Of a stretch of 64,000 nt of DNA, positions 51,231 to 64,000 are shown piece after piece; within the stretch, counting starts at the first letter, position 1, and the number at the start of each line of letters is the position of its first letter. The stretch spans positions 110,360,001-110,424,000 of the forward strand of contig JANJGN010000010.1 of the NCBI GenBank assembly GCA_026770705.1. The letters run 5' to 3'. The notes under the pieces are model-generated. The model had not been told where the DNA came from. It saw nothing but the letters and a program-made list of their open reading frames with translations, and ran no database searches. This DNA comes from Isurus oxyrinchus. Taxonomy: Eukaryota. Both the position numbers and the translations under genes were made by a program.

Positions 51231-51869
51231 GCTCCTGCAGGCAGAGACTCAGACTGACTCTCAAACAGACCGGGCAAAAATTAACAGCAGAACACTGGTG
51301 TCCTCATCGCATCTCTCATACATGGTAGTGTGACCATGCTACTAACAGTTACACTGCCAGCTCGCACGCTCAACCCCACAATTGGCAAAGTTTTTTTATC
51401 ACTATTTTGGATTGCGATCAGGATCAAGTAGTCACATGGCATCTCCAAGAGACTCAGAGACTGTGCCCTGAAAACCTACAGTTATCTCTCCGGCCCTCGA
51501 GAAGGCCAAGAAACATGCAACACATGACTGTCACAGGTGATGTCCGGTCTAAGGATATATGGGCCTTCTTTGCCATGAGGCGCGCTGAGATCCACCAGCT
51601 GGAGATGTGCAATCCACTGAGCAATGCTTTGAAGCAGCTTGCTACAATCAGTGAGCGTCCAATTGCCTTAAGCAGATATAAAACAAATAATAGGAGGGAT
51701 TGTTGCAATCAACTAAACAAATTCTAGAAAATTACAATAATTGATACCGAGTGACTTCTGCCTCCAATGATTGTTCATATTCAAAATTCTGCCACATAAA
51801 GGATCCTATGGTCTTTGATCTGAGGAAATGCTATCATCTTGTTCCTTGCAAGGAACCTTTTTCAATGCT

Positions 51870-52330
51870 TAAGAGACCTCAGATGGGATGGACAATATTG
51901 ATGGACAGTCACTGGAGTTGAGTGAGAACGAGGGCGATGGGACAGCAGGTCTTGGTGCAGGGCAGGATACGGGCACCAGAGTTTTGGACAATTTGTGGTT
52001 TGCCCAAAGTGGAACACAAGACACTATGACGGTGGGTGCTGAAGAGATGATAAAAGATGTATATGGAGTTTCAACAGCTAAGTATGTGAGAAGTGCGAAG
52101 GCAACTGAGGTGACAAGAGGTAGGTGCAAGTGGGATTTTCGTGATGGGTGAAAATAGTTTTTGGAGGTCAGTTCAGGATGTAACAGGTATTAAGGTCCCA
52201 CACTGTCAGTTCAGCTGCACGTCAATGGAGACAAATGTCCCATCCAGACCTAGAGATATTGTGCACCCAATGGAGGTGTGCTGTGCAGCAGCTCTTACAA
52301 GACCCAAGCAAGCATTGCTCCTTTATATGG
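51870..52330 (-). mobile_element. Old L2 RT fragment
   Basis: Minus strand 'caaattgtccaaaactctggtgcccgtatcctg...cccatcgccctcgttctc' (Q.VQNS.ARIL...PI..VL). Confidence 0.55.
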
Positions 52331-53044
52331 CTATTTACAGAGTTAGCCTCTAAAGGGATCCATCCAGTAGCGCGGAAAGGATGTATTCCTTAGAAGCAAA
52401 ACAGGTTAATGAATTGAATGGTAAAATTCATGAGGGTGGGTTCTAATTCCAGCATTTTCTGCTTCATTTCAGATTTCCAGCATTCAAAGCTTTTCTTTTT
52501 ACCAGGTTACTCAGTATGCAACACAGCATTATTAAATACTACATTCTCGATTAGGAATGTCCACAGATATTATTTGCAAGCAACAATACTTGAACATGGT
52601 AGAAAGCCGGTTAAATCCTGAGGAACGGTAGTTCAGGTACTACAGTTTACTTCTGGGTCTAGATTAAAATCATTCCCAGAACAGCTTTTTTTTTGAGAAT
52701 CCAGAATCATATCCGCAAGGAGTCTACCATAGAAAAACCAAACCACCCCCAATCTTACACACTACATTCAGCCACCTGTAATGAAAAGGCAGAGGAATTA
52801 AGTGAAACTTGATTCAGGTACAGAGTATTTGGAAGAGCAGACTGCATTGGTATTGCAGTTCATCTACTAGCACCTCCTAGCAGGACACTGTGTCAGAACA
52901 TAGTTAAAAGATTTGGTCATTTTATTATTGGGATTTTGGCACCTTGATGGCCCTCAAAATTAAGCTATCTCCAGTTCCAACTCCATTTAAGATTGTAACT
53001 TTTTTATTTGTCCTTGGGATGTGATCGTTGCTGGCTAGGTCATT

Positions 53045-56000
53045 GAGCGGCTGCAGGTCATTCTTCTGGGGGAGGCTGATCAGCCAGAGGTCATGGTCCA
53101 CACTGGTACCAATGACTTAGGTAGGAAGGGGTTGTGGTCCTGCAATCAGAATGTAGGGAGCTAGGTAGAAATTTAGCAAGTAGGACCTCTAATGTAGTAA
53201 TCTCTGGATTGCTCCCAGTGCCATGTGCCAGTGAGTACAGAAATAGGAAGACAAGGCAGATGAATGCGTGGCTGGAAAGATGGTGCAGGAGGGAGGGCTT
53301 TAGATTCCTGGGACACTGGGACTGGCTCTGGGGCAGATTGCACCTGTACAAGCCAGACAGGTTGCACTTGAACAGAGCTGGGACTGAGTTCCTTGCCAGT
53401 GCTGTTGGGAGGGCTTAAAACCAACTTGGCAGGGGTGTGGGAACCTAGAGAAAATATTAGAGAGGAATACCAGCGTGCACAAAATACTGGGAGAGACAGA
53501 TAGTGCTAGTATAGAGAATAGTAAGTTAATAGGTAAAGTCGGGGTAAGGGGGATAGTAACAAAAGCTAATTCAGGGTTACTATGCATGTATGTGAATGCA
53601 CGTAGTATAGTAAATAGGATTGGGGAGTTACAGGTGCAGATTGTCATGTGGAAATTTGATGTTGTGGTAATAACTGAGACCTGGCTCAAGGAAGGGCAGA
53701 ACTGGGTGTTAAATATTCCCGGGTACAAGGTGTTCAGGAGAGATAGCAAAGGAAGGAAAGGAGGAGGGGTGGCAGCATTGGTTAAGGAGAGCATTACAAT
53801 GCTGGAGAAGGAGGATGTTCCAGAGGATTCAAAGACCAAATCAATTTGGCTAGAGCGAAGGAACAAAAAGGGTGCAATTACATTGCTTGGTATAGTCTAC
53901 AGAGCGCCAATTAGTGAGAAGGACATAGAAGAACAAATCTGCAGGGAAATTGCAGAGATATGCAGGCATTATAGAGTGGTTTTAATGGGGGGCTTTAATT
54001 ACCTGAATGTAGACTGGGACAGTGGTAGTGTAAAGGGCGGAGAGGGGGCAAAAGTTCCGAGATTATGTTCAGGAGAATTTTCTACAGCAGTATGTGTCCA
54101 ATCCAACAAGAAAAGACACACTGTTGGGCCTGATTCTTGGAAATGAGGTGGGCCAAGTGGATCAAGTGTCAGTGGGGAAGCATTCAGGAGACAGTGATCA
54201 TTGTATTGTATGTTTTAGGATGATGTTAGAAAAGGACAATAGGCAATCCAGAGTAAAAATAATTAACCGGACAATAGCCGACTTCGATGGGGCAAGAATG
54301 GAGCTGGGCCAAATAGATTGGGATGAAAGATTATCAGGAAAAACTGTAGCTGAATAATGGGCTACCTTCAAAAAAGAATTGGTTTAGGCACAGTCAAGGT
54401 ATATTCCATCGAAAGGGGAAAGCAGGGTAAACAAATTCAGAGCTCCCTAGATGAAAAAGGATAGAAATTAAGGTAAAGAAGAAAAAGTGTGCTTATGACA
54501 AGTGTAAGGTAGAAAATACAATCAAGAACCAAGAGGAATACAGAAGGTCAAGAGAAAGGTGAAAAAGCATATTAAAGAAGCGAAGAGGGATTATGAGAAA
54601 AGGCTGGTAGCCAACATAAAGGGAAATCCTAAAGTCTCCTATAGGCATATAAATAGTAAAGGTGTGGTAAAAGGAAGAGTAGGGCCAATTAGGCACCCAA
54701 AGGGAATGTACACATGGACAAAGGGACCATGGCTGAGGTATTAAATGAATACTTTGCATCTGTCTTTACCAAGGAGGTAGATGCTACCCAGACCATGGTG
54801 ACAGACGAGGAAACTCAGTCACAAGAGGGGTTCAAAATTGATAAGGAGGAAGTGTTTTGAATAGACTGCCAGTGCTTAAAAGTTGACAAGGCACCGGGAC
54901 TGGATAAGATGCATTCAAGGATATTGAAGGAAGTGAGTAGAAGAAATTGCAGGGACACTGGCCATAATCTTTCAGTCTTTCCTAGACATTGGCACAAACA
55001 CAGGTAAAAAAAAGGGATGAGGTCCTAAAGGCAGAATACAGGGTGTTAGGAAGTTGAAAATTAGGACCTGAAAAGGTGGTGATCTCAGAATTACTACCAG
55101 TGCTAGTCAGAGTAGAAATAGCAGGATATATCGGGTGAATACGTGGCTGAAGAGATGGTGTGATGGGGAGGGTTTCAGATTCCTGGGACATTGGGACAAG
55201 TTCTGGGGGAGGTGGGACCAGTATAAACTGGATGGGTTACACCTGGACAGGACCTGGACTGATGTCCTAGGGGGAATATTTGCTAAGAGTGGTTGGGGAA
55301 GTTTAAACTAAAATGGCAGGGGGATGGGAACCTATGCAAGGAGTCAGAGGAGGGGGAATCAAGGATAAGAACAAAAGGCAGAAACGGGAATAAGAAAAGA
55401 GATAGGCAGAGAAATCAAGGGCAAGAATCAGTGAAAAATAGTGGGAACGACTCAAGTAATATTAAAAAGACAAGCCCAAAGTCTTTGTGCCTTAATGCGA
55501 GGAGCATTCGCAAGAAAGTGGATGAATTAACCGTGCAAATAGATGTAAACAGGTATGATATAGTCGGGATTACGGAGACATGGCTGCAGGGTGACCAGGG
55601 ATGGGAACTGAACATCCAGGGGTATTAGTATTTAGAAAAGACAGACAAAAAGGAAAAGGCGGTGGAGTTGCATTGCTGGTTAAAGAGGAAATTAACGCAA
55701 TAGTGAGGAAAGATATTAACTCCGACGATGTGGAATCTGTATGGGTAGAGCTGAGAAACACTAAGGTGCAAAAAACGTTAATGGGTGTTGTGTATAGACC
55801 CTCAAACTGTAGTGGTGATGTTGGGAATGGCATTAAACAGGAAATTAGAGACGCATGCAATAAAGGAACATTTGGTAATTATGGGTGACTTTAATCTGCA
55901 TATAGATTGGGCAAATCAAATTAGTAACAATGCCGCAGAGGAGGAATTCCTGGAGTGAGTGTATACGGGATGGTTTTTTGGACCAATACATTGAGGAACC

Positions 56001-59000
56001 AACTAGAGAACAGGCCATCCTACACTATTGTGTAATGAGAAAGGAATAATTGGCAATCCAGTTGTGTGAGGCCCCTTGGGGATGAGCAACCATAATATGA
56101 TAGAATTCTTCATCAAGATGGAGAGTGACGTAGTTGACTCTGAGACTAGGGTCCTGAATCTTAATAAAGGAAGCTACGATGGTATGATACGCGAGTTGGC
56201 TATGATGGATTGGGAAACATTACTTAAAGGGATGACGGAGGATAGGCAATGGCAAACATTCAAAGAGCACATGGGTGAACTGCAACAATTATTTATCCCT
56301 GTCTGGGGTAAAAGTAAAACAGGAAAGGTGGCCAAGCCATTGCCCTACAAGTGAAATTAGGGATTGTATTAGATCCAAGGGAGAGGCATACAAATTGGCC
56401 AGAAAAAACAACACACCTGGGGATTGGGAGCAGTTTAGAATTCAGCAAAGGAGGACCAAGGGATTGATTAAGAAGGGGAAAATGGAGTACAAGAGTAAGC
56501 TTGTGGGGAGCATAAAAATTGACTGTAAAAGTTTCTATAGTTATGTGAAGAGAAAAGGATTGGTGAAGACAAATGTAGGTCCCTTACAGTCAGAAACAGG
56601 GGAATTTATAATAGGGAACAAAGAAATGGCTGACCAACTAAATAAATACTTAGGTTCTGTCTTCACAAAGGAGGACACAAATAACATACCAGAAATGTTG
56701 GGGAACACAGAGTTTAGTGAAAGGGAGGAACTGAAAAAAATCAGTATTCATAGGGAAATGGTGTTGGGGAAATTGATGAAATTGAAGGCCGATAAATCTC
56801 CAGGGCCTGATAATCTACGTCCCAGAGTACTTAAGGAAGTGGCCCTAGAAATGGTGGGTGCATTGTTAGTCATCTTCCGAGATTCTATAAACTCTGGAAC
56901 AGTTCTTACAGATCGGAGGGTAGCTAATGTAACCCCACTATTTAAAAAGGTGGGGTAGAGAGAAAACAGGGAATTATAGACCAGTCAGCCTGGCATCGGT
57001 AGTGGGGAAAATTCTAGAGTCCATTATAAAATATTTAATAGCTGAACACTTGGAAAATAGTGGCAGAATCGGATAGACGCAGCATGGATTTACGAAAGGG
57101 AAATCATGTTTGACAAATCTACTGGAATTTTTCGAGGATGTAACTAGAAGAGCTGAAGAGGGGGGGCCAGTGGATGTGGTTTATTTGGACTTTCAGGAGG
57201 CTTTCGACAAAGTCCCACATAAGAGATTAGCGTGTAAAATTATAGCACATGGGGTTGGGGGCAGTGTATTGTGATGGATAGAAAACTGGTTGGCAGGCAA
57301 GGAACAAAGAGTACGAATAAAGGGTCTTTTTCCGAATGGCAGGCAGTGACTGGTGGGGTACCGCAGGGATCAGTGCTGGGACTCTAACTATTCACAATAT
57401 ATATTAATGATTTAAATGAGGGAGCTAAATGTAATATCTCCAAATTTGCAGATGACACAAAGCTGGTGGGAGGGTGAGTTGTGAGGAGGATGCAGAGATG
57501 CTTCAGTGTGATTTGGACAAGCTGAGTGAGTGGGCAAATGCATGCCAGATGCAGTATAATGTGGATAAATGTGAGGTTATCCTGTTTGGTAGCAAAAACA
57601 GGAAAGCAGAATATTATCTGAATGGCTATAAATTGAGAGAGGGGAATGTGCAACAAGACCTGGGTGTCCTCGTACACCAGTCGCTGAAGGGAAGCATGCA
57701 GGTGCAGCAGGTGGCAAAGAAGGCAAATGGTATATTGGCCTTCATAGCCAGAGGATTTAAGTACAGGAACAGGGATGTCTTGCTGCAATTATACAGGGCC
57801 TTGGTGAGACCACACCTGGAATACTGTGTGCAGTTTTGGTCTCCTTATCTGAGGAAGGATGTTCTTGCTATAGAGGGAGTGTAGTGAAGGTTTACCAGAC
57901 TGATTGCAGGATGGCAGGACTGACATATGAGGAGAGATTGAGTCAGTTAGGATTATATTCGCTGGAGTTCAGAAGAATGAGGGGGGAATTCACAGAAACC
58001 TATAAAATTCTAACAGGACTAGACAGGGTAGATGCAGGAAGGATGTTCCCGATGGTGGGGGAGTCCAGAACCAGGGGTCACAGTCTGAGGATAGGGAGTA
58101 GACCATTTAGGACTGAGATGAGAAATTTCTTCTTCACCCAGAGAGTGGTGAGCCTGTGGAATTCGCTACCACAGAAAGTGGTTGAGGCCAAAACATTGTA
58201 TGTTTTCAAGAAGGAGTTAGATATAGCTCTTGGGGCGAAAAGGTTCAAAGGATATGGGGAGAAAGCGGGAGCAGGCTACTGAGTTGGATGATCAGACATG
58301 ATCATAATGAATGGCGGAGCAGGCTAGAAGGGCCGAATGGCCTCCTCCTGCTCCTATTTTTTTACATTTCTATGTTTCTAGACTCGGGGTGGTGCCAGAG
58401 GACTGGAGAATTACAAACCTTATGCCCTTGTTCAAAAATGTTTGTAAGGATAAGCTCAGCAATTACAGAGTCAGTTTAACTTCAGTGGTGGGCAGGATTC
58501 TAGAAATGATTATTTGGAATAGAATTACAGGTTGATAAGGGAGAGCCAGCATGGATTTCTAAAGGGGAAATCGTGTTTAACTAGCTTGCTGGAGCTTTTT
58601 GAAGAGGTAACAGAAAAGGTCGATGAGGGCAATGCTGTTGATGTGGTGTTATTGGACTTTGAAAAGATATTTGACACAGACAACAGACTGGTGAGCAAAG
58701 TTATTGCTCATGGAATAAAAGGGACAGTAGAAATGTGGGTACAAAATTGGCTGAAAAATAGGAAGCAGAGAGTAATGGTCAACTGATATTTTCAGGCTGA
58801 ATGAAGGTTGTAGTGGAGTTCCCCAGGGGTCAGTATTGGGACCCTTGCTGTTCCTGATATATATTAATAATCTAGATCTTGGTGTGCAGAGGACAATTTC
58901 AAAGTCTGTGGATGATACGAAGCTTGGGAGTGTTGTGAACTCTGAGAAGGATGGTGTGGAACTTCAAGAGGACATAGGCAAGTTGATGGAGTGGGCAGTT

Positions 59001-59813
59001 GAAGTTCAATGCGGAGAAGTGTGAGGTGATGCATTTTCGTAGGAAGAACATGGACAGACAATACAAAATAAGGGGTGAAATTTTGAAGGGGGTGCAGGGG
59101 CAGAAAGACCTGGGTGTATATGTGCATAGATCATTGAAGGTGGCAGGACAGGTGGAGAAAGCAGTTAATAAAGCATATAGTATCCTGGGCTTTATTAATA
59201 GGGGCATAAGAGTACAAGACCAAGGAGGTTATGCTGAATTTATGTGAGACACTAGTTAGACTTCAGCTGGAATACTGTTTACAGTTCTGGGCACCATATT
59301 ATAGGAAGGATGTGAACACATTGGAGAGAGTGCAGAAGCAGTTTACAAAAATGGTCCCAGGGATGAGAAACTTCAGCTATGAGGACAGATTGGAAAACAT
59401 TGGGGCTGTTGTCCTTGGGGAGGCGGCGGCTGAGAGAAGATTTGATAGAAATGTTCAAAATCATGAGCGGGCTAGACAGAGTAGATAGGGAGAAGTTGTT
59501 TCCGCTCATAAAAGGATCAAGAATGAGAGGGCACAGATTTAAAGTGATTTGCAAAAGAAGCAAATGTGATGTGAGTAAAAGTTTTTTCACACAACGAGTG
59601 GTTCGGGTCTGGAATGTACTGCCTGGAAGTGTGATGAAGGCAGGTTCAATCGAGGCATTCAAGAGGGCATTAAATGATTATTTGAATAGAAACAACGTGC
59701 AAGGGTACAGAGAAAAGGCAGGGCAATGGCACGAGGTCATAATGCTCATTTGGAGAGCCAGTGGAGACATGATGGGCTGAATGACCTCCTTCTGTGCCAT
59801 TAAGATTCTGAGA
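53045..59813 (+). mobile_element. CR1 LINE A (ORF1 esterase, APE, RT, 3' end), TSD GTCATT, split by CR1 B
   Basis: ORFs 53134..53418 (esterase, 'DRLHLN'), 53475..54146 (APE, 'YVNARSI..ITETWL') and 58532..58786 (RT); TSD at 53039-53044 and 59814-59819. Confidence 0.92.
54988..58377 (+). mobile_element. CR1 LINE B nested in the same orientation inside CR1 A, TSD CTAGAC
   Basis: Starts in the ORF1 esterase region. APE 'CLNARSI..GITETWL', RT 'KFADDTK', tail 'tttctatgtttcta'; TSD at 54982-54987 and 58378-58383. Confidence 0.92.
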
Positions 59814-60243
59814 GTCATTTATTGCCCTTCTCAAATTGCTCTTGAGAAGGTGGCCGTGAGTTCCACTGCACAGCGCTGATCAAATTACTTACAAAACTTG
59901 AAATTACTGTAACTAGAATTTTCATCAATTGCAAACAAAATCTTCAACATGATGATTTTCATACTGCAGCTACCATATAGCCAGAAGGCTGCCACCTTGT
60001 ACAGATCTTATAATTGGTTCTCCTATACTTAGCAATTTTTACAAGGGGCCACACATACAATTTCTCAATAATAAGTCAGCCTATTACCTTACCCTGAAAT
60101 TCTACTATACACCTGATCTAATCAGAAACCTGGCAGCCAGGTTTTAATCCTAAAATGGGTTGAGTATTTTAGGACACTGTAAAAACAGTCACAGAGTTTT
60201 GAAGGCTAAATACAGAGACCAGTAACTAAGAAAAAGAACACAC

Positions 60244-60379
60244 CACACATGGTACAATCATCATGTCAGTGTCGACAGCTTTTGTGCTGTGGTCTTCTGT
60301 GCGTGAGGCTTTGCTCGGTTGCCACTTCAAAGACATGGACTGGATTGCCTCATCTGTAGTGATCACATGACCATCAAAC
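60244..60379 (-). CDS. ZZEF1: ZZEF1 coding exon, 136 nt, (R)FDGHVITTDEAIQSMSLKWQPSKASRTEDHSTKAVDTDMMIVPCV
   Basis: Within ORF 60226..60567(-). Acceptor ttttctcctag|G, donor GTG|gtgtgt, phase 2-0; completes the AG|G Arg codon from the previous exon. Confidence 0.93.
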
Positions 60380-60739
60380 CTAGGAGAAAAACAGTACAAA
60401 ATGACAGAAATTCTGTGGCCTTCATGGGCCATTATTTGCAAATAGGGTTTATTAACAATGCATTTTGAAAAGTTAAAACACATCTCTTTGGGGTAACCTG
60501 CAATATTACACAGGCTGGAATGTAGCACCCAACATGCAAGGGATGTATAAACTAACGTGTGAGGCATTCTTCCATTCTTTAGTTCTTTTGCAATTACTCA
60601 TCAGCTGCTGTGAATTCAAGAGGTGTCACACATGCTTCTTCCTTACTAGATAATACATCTATTATAGCAGTGAATTGAACAGATACTGATTTTATCTAGG
60701 TTCTGTCTGCTCTTGGACAAATGCAATACTGCTCCCCAA

Positions 60740-61090
60740 AAACTGTTAGAACAATTTTGCATTTTTATATTGCTTTTCATGTCCTCAGCATGTCTCAAAG
60801 CAAATTAGTTACATTTGGAGAGTAATCATTGAAAATATCAGTGAGATAAGGAGTTAGAGAAATACTGGCCAGTACACGAAGAATTCTGCTGCTATTCTTC
60901 AAATATTCTCTTCTTTCACATACACTTCCCTAATGGATAGGGCCTTGGTTTAATGTCTCATGCAATAATCAAGCACTCCTTAAGCACTGCGATGAACTGT
61001 CAGCCTAGATTATGTGCTCTGGAGCTGAGGTGGGGCTTGAATTTATAATCTTTTGATTTAGAAGTAATGGTGCTACCACTCAGCCAAGTT
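60740..61090 (-). mobile_element. Old Deu-type SINE
   Basis: 'ggccttggtttaatgtctcat...gtcagcctagattatgtgctc...ggggcttgaa...gtgctaccactcagcca' is the reverse complement of the head and core. Confidence 0.6.
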
Positions 61091-61433
61091 GACACCTAGA
61101 TGTGACTGTCCCAGTACAGGTCATGCTTTTGACATTACTTTACTATAATCCATTGAGCTAAGCGTGCTTAAATGGGCTCTGACTGTGAGCATTAATGGGT
61201 AAGTCCCTTATAGTTCCCCTCTACACAAGTTCTGTCTGCAAGCTTCTGCAAAATATGGTACAATTCTAAAGCAAACATAACTAACAAGGATTTCATGCAA
61301 AGTCAATGATGGCCAAATCTCAGTGGATTTTATCAGAACTTTCTACAACTAAAGCTGTACCATCCCAAATTACAAAACACTTCACAACAGAATGCTGACA
61401 GGAATTCACAGAATTTTAATATTTTATACTTAC

Positions 61434-61534
61434 CTCTTTTGAACTTCGAGGAAGAAGGAGTCGGTTTTTCTCATTTGAAGTTCATACATGGCTCGTAGGA
61501 TGTGCAAAGGTGCATTTAGAGCATCGTGAGTTAT
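61434..61534 (-). CDS. ZZEF1: ZZEF1 coding exon, 101 nt, ITHDALNAPLHILRAMYELQMRKTDSFFLEVQK(R)
   Basis: Acceptor tttttccccag|ATA, donor AG|gtaagt, phase 0-2. Near-identical to recalled ZZEF1 'HDALNAPLHILRAIYELQMKKTDYFFLEVQKR'. Confidence 0.95.
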
Positions 61535-61861
61535 CTGGGGAAAAACATATCTCCCTTATAACAGAAAGAAATATTCCACTTGCCGACTCCCTTTAATAGA
61601 TGGAATAGCAAAGTGCAGTCAGAAGTAACCATCATGAATACGGTAACCAGAGAATTCAGTGTGTGAACCTTAGTGCTTGGTTAAGTCATTTCTTAATTGG
61701 GTCCTTGACTCAATAGTTTTCACATGAGAAAGAAAATGTGAACAAGCCAAAGGTCAATGATTTTGTCATCAATACCACTATTAGCATAAAATTCAGCTGT
61801 GCGAGAGGTGCACTTTATCAGGGAATAATCACAATTAATCTGTGGGTCCATCTGAGAACAT

Positions 61862-62170
61862 TTTTTTAAATTTAATCTTTCATGGGATGTGGGCATCACT
61901 GGCAAGATCAGTCACACGTAGGCCAGACCAGGTAAGGACGACAGATTTTCTCCCCTAAAGGACGTTAGTGATCCAGATGGGTTTTTGTAACAATTGACAA
62001 TGGTTTGATGCTCATCATTATTGAGAATAGCTTCACATTTCCAGATTATTAACTGAATTTAAATTTCACCAGCTGCCATGGTGGGATTTGAACCCATGTC
62101 ACCAGAACATTAGCCTGGGCTTCTGGATTATTAGCATAGTGACATTACCACTATGCCACTGTTTCCCCCC
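61862..62170 (-). mobile_element. tRNA-headed SINE with intact Pol III A and B boxes and family-2 LINE tail
   Basis: Minus-strand A box TGGCATAGTGG (62148-62158) and B box GGTTCAAATCC (62084-62094); tail 'ccagtgatgcccacatcccatgaaag'. Confidence 0.8.
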
Positions 62171-63001
62171 ATAAAGAGAACATCAGAGCAGTTGTGAAGG
62201 GAAAATAGGATTCTCTCTCAAAACGTGGGACCGGAGTTAGGAAGTAAAGCAAGAGCTATTATCCCTTGTGGCAGGTCTAAGAATGCTTTTAAATTGCTAC
62301 ATTTCTGGTTCAATCATGGAAAATACTTTATTAAAAAAAACTGAATTCTACATTTGCTTACATGACTATGTATTTTCTAGTTAACAGCAGTACCCCAAAG
62401 GCTCAATGAGATTACCTAGCAAGCCATACAGGCCAGAATCAATCTCTAGTCAGTACTAAGTTAGCCAATTTCAGTCAGAATGGTGACTGAGTGCTATAAG
62501 GTCCCCAAAACAAGGAGACAAAAATATTTCAGAATCCTCGCTCTTAACTGATACCTGGTGGCCCAGTACACAGATGTGCACACAGGGCTAGGAGATAGCT
62601 GCCACCTCAGTTCCAATGTCATATAAGGTCAAACAGCCTTATAACACTCCGTTTTGTATGGCGTGCCACATGTATAAGTGAGGTATTTGAGTGAGGTGAC
62701 ATTGGGTACCAGTGGAAATAACGCCCAGAAAGCAGCTAACATCTCACACGGAAAAATGTGGTGAGACACACATGAGGCACAAATAATTTCACAGCAATGC
62801 AACCGGACCTCACAAAACAGTCCTTAAATAAGGTTCACTTACACATACTAATTCTCATTGCTCACTTAGTAAAAATATCCAATAAAAGCCTGAATAAATG
62901 ACCAGAATGCTACACCACTGGAATAGTTCATACATTTTATTTATAATGGTTATCTTCGACAAAAGAAATAGGCATTATTTTATGTACACTAGCATCTATA
63001 C

Positions 63002-63193
63002 CTGGAAAAAGATTTTTGTAGCTTCATCAAGGCCTTCCAAAGGATCAGGTTTGGTTTCATCGAGATCAAACACTGAGCCACTGCTCTTAGACTCATGATC
63101 TGAAGCCTGGTCCTTCTCCTCTGTCACAGTATCTGCTCCTTCAGCAGTAGTACTGATCTCCTTCTTTGACGAATACATCATGATCGACAAGGT
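63002..63193 (-). CDS. ZZEF1: ZZEF1 coding exon, 192 nt, TLSIMMYSSKKE...DPLEGLDEATKIFFQ
   Basis: Within ORF 62996..63217(-). Acceptor ttgttgttacacccaag|ACC, donor CAG|gtatag, phase 0-0. Similar to ZZEF1 'SIMLYSSKKE...DPLEGLDEPTRICF'. Confidence 0.92.
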
Positions 63194-63570
63194 CTTGGGT
63201 GTAACAACAAAGGACAAAGTGAGATTAAAGTTTGAAGTCTAACTCTATAATATTGCATGAATTTGGTTCATTCTAGATGCAGCAATCTGACTGGCTTCAG
63301 TATCACATGCTAAATTCAAAACGTCTACATTTCTTGAGGAGTTCAATTTATCAAAGATTATCCAATTCCCCAGTCACTGGATGGAAACTCTACATATACA
63401 AGTTTATGACCAGTGTGGAGTATGAAGCCTGGAGAAGCAGAGTACAGATCTACTTGTAGCATCTCAAATTCTGTAATTCCATTAGCTGCACAATGCTGGC
63501 CACTAAATGATCACAGAAACATTACCCATGTACCTAGAAATCCAACACTGGATGAATATACTGTTCTTAC

Positions 63571-63690
63571 CTCCAGGTCACACAGCAGCCACAGTTTACT
63601 AAACCCTGTCCCCTTGGTGCATTTCTTCTCTAGCAGTTTGATCAAACCAGACTGTAGAATGATCGGATGGATCTCTTCAACACTATGTTT
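63571..63690 (-). CDS. ZZEF1: ZZEF1 coding exon (first in window), 120 nt, KHSVEEIHPIILQSGLIKLLEKKCTKGTGFSKLWLLCDLE
   Basis: Acceptor tttgttgtag|AAA, donor GAG|gtaaga, phase 0-0. Matches recalled vertebrate ZZEF1 'LLKLLVKKCSKGTGFSKTWLLRDLE'. Not in the ORF track; read by hand. Confidence 0.93.
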
Positions 63691-64000
63691 CTACAACAAA
63701 GTCACAGGAAAGTTAGTAACTTTCAATAGTTGGGAAAAATCTCATTGGGAGCCAGCTCAATAACAAAGTCCTGACAATACAGGGCATTACTAGTGCTTTA
63801 GGACAAAATCACCTAGGTTTAGAGCATGATTCAGATACACCACATATTCATAATATTTTTCAAGACGAGCCACAAAGAATCTTGCAATGCTATTTGGGAT
63901 AGTGTAAGTGCAGCCTGTTTGGGCTCATCCTCCAATTTCTCTCCAGCAGACATTGGAACCTGCAGGAACATCTCCTGTCCTAATGCTCCATTTATATAAT

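Noticed and set aside
53475-56958. Longest ORFs (223 aa and 227 aa) as host genes or active retroelements
   Set aside because: They are CR1 ORF2 pieces bounded by frameshifts and stops, and element A is also disrupted by element B.
62084-62168. tRNA gene
   Set aside because: A and B boxes are present, but the spacing is too long, no cloverleaf is evident, and the sequence continues into a SINE body.
63691-64000. A further upstream ZZEF1 exon
   Set aside because: No recognisable ZZEF1 peptide or convincing donor; treated as intron.

Overview
Eukaryotic, intron-dominated, AT-rich genomic DNA. The repeat set (CR1, L2, Penelope, Deu-type SINEs) points to a cartilaginous fish, probably a shark (inference). 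One host gene is supported: ten minus-strand coding exons of the 3' part of ZZEF1 (63690 down to 5295; 1638 nt = 546 codons). All introns are GT-AG and the phases join into one stop-free frame; the 5' part and the last exon(s) appear to lie outside the window. The introns, up to 29.1 kb, are filled with decayed retroelements, including multi-level nested insertions whose 6-7 bp target-site duplications can be read directly. No prokaryotic-type system (CRISPR, operon, defence island) is present. The most notable signal is a set of Penelope-derived termini and short palindromic elements carrying minimal hammerhead-ribozyme-like motifs (CUGANGA-A-stem II-GAAACGUH). Two of them are in sense orientation within the same ZZEF1 intron. 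Exon boundaries were read base by base; repeat boundaries are approximate unless a TSD is given, and family names come from motif recognition, not database searches.
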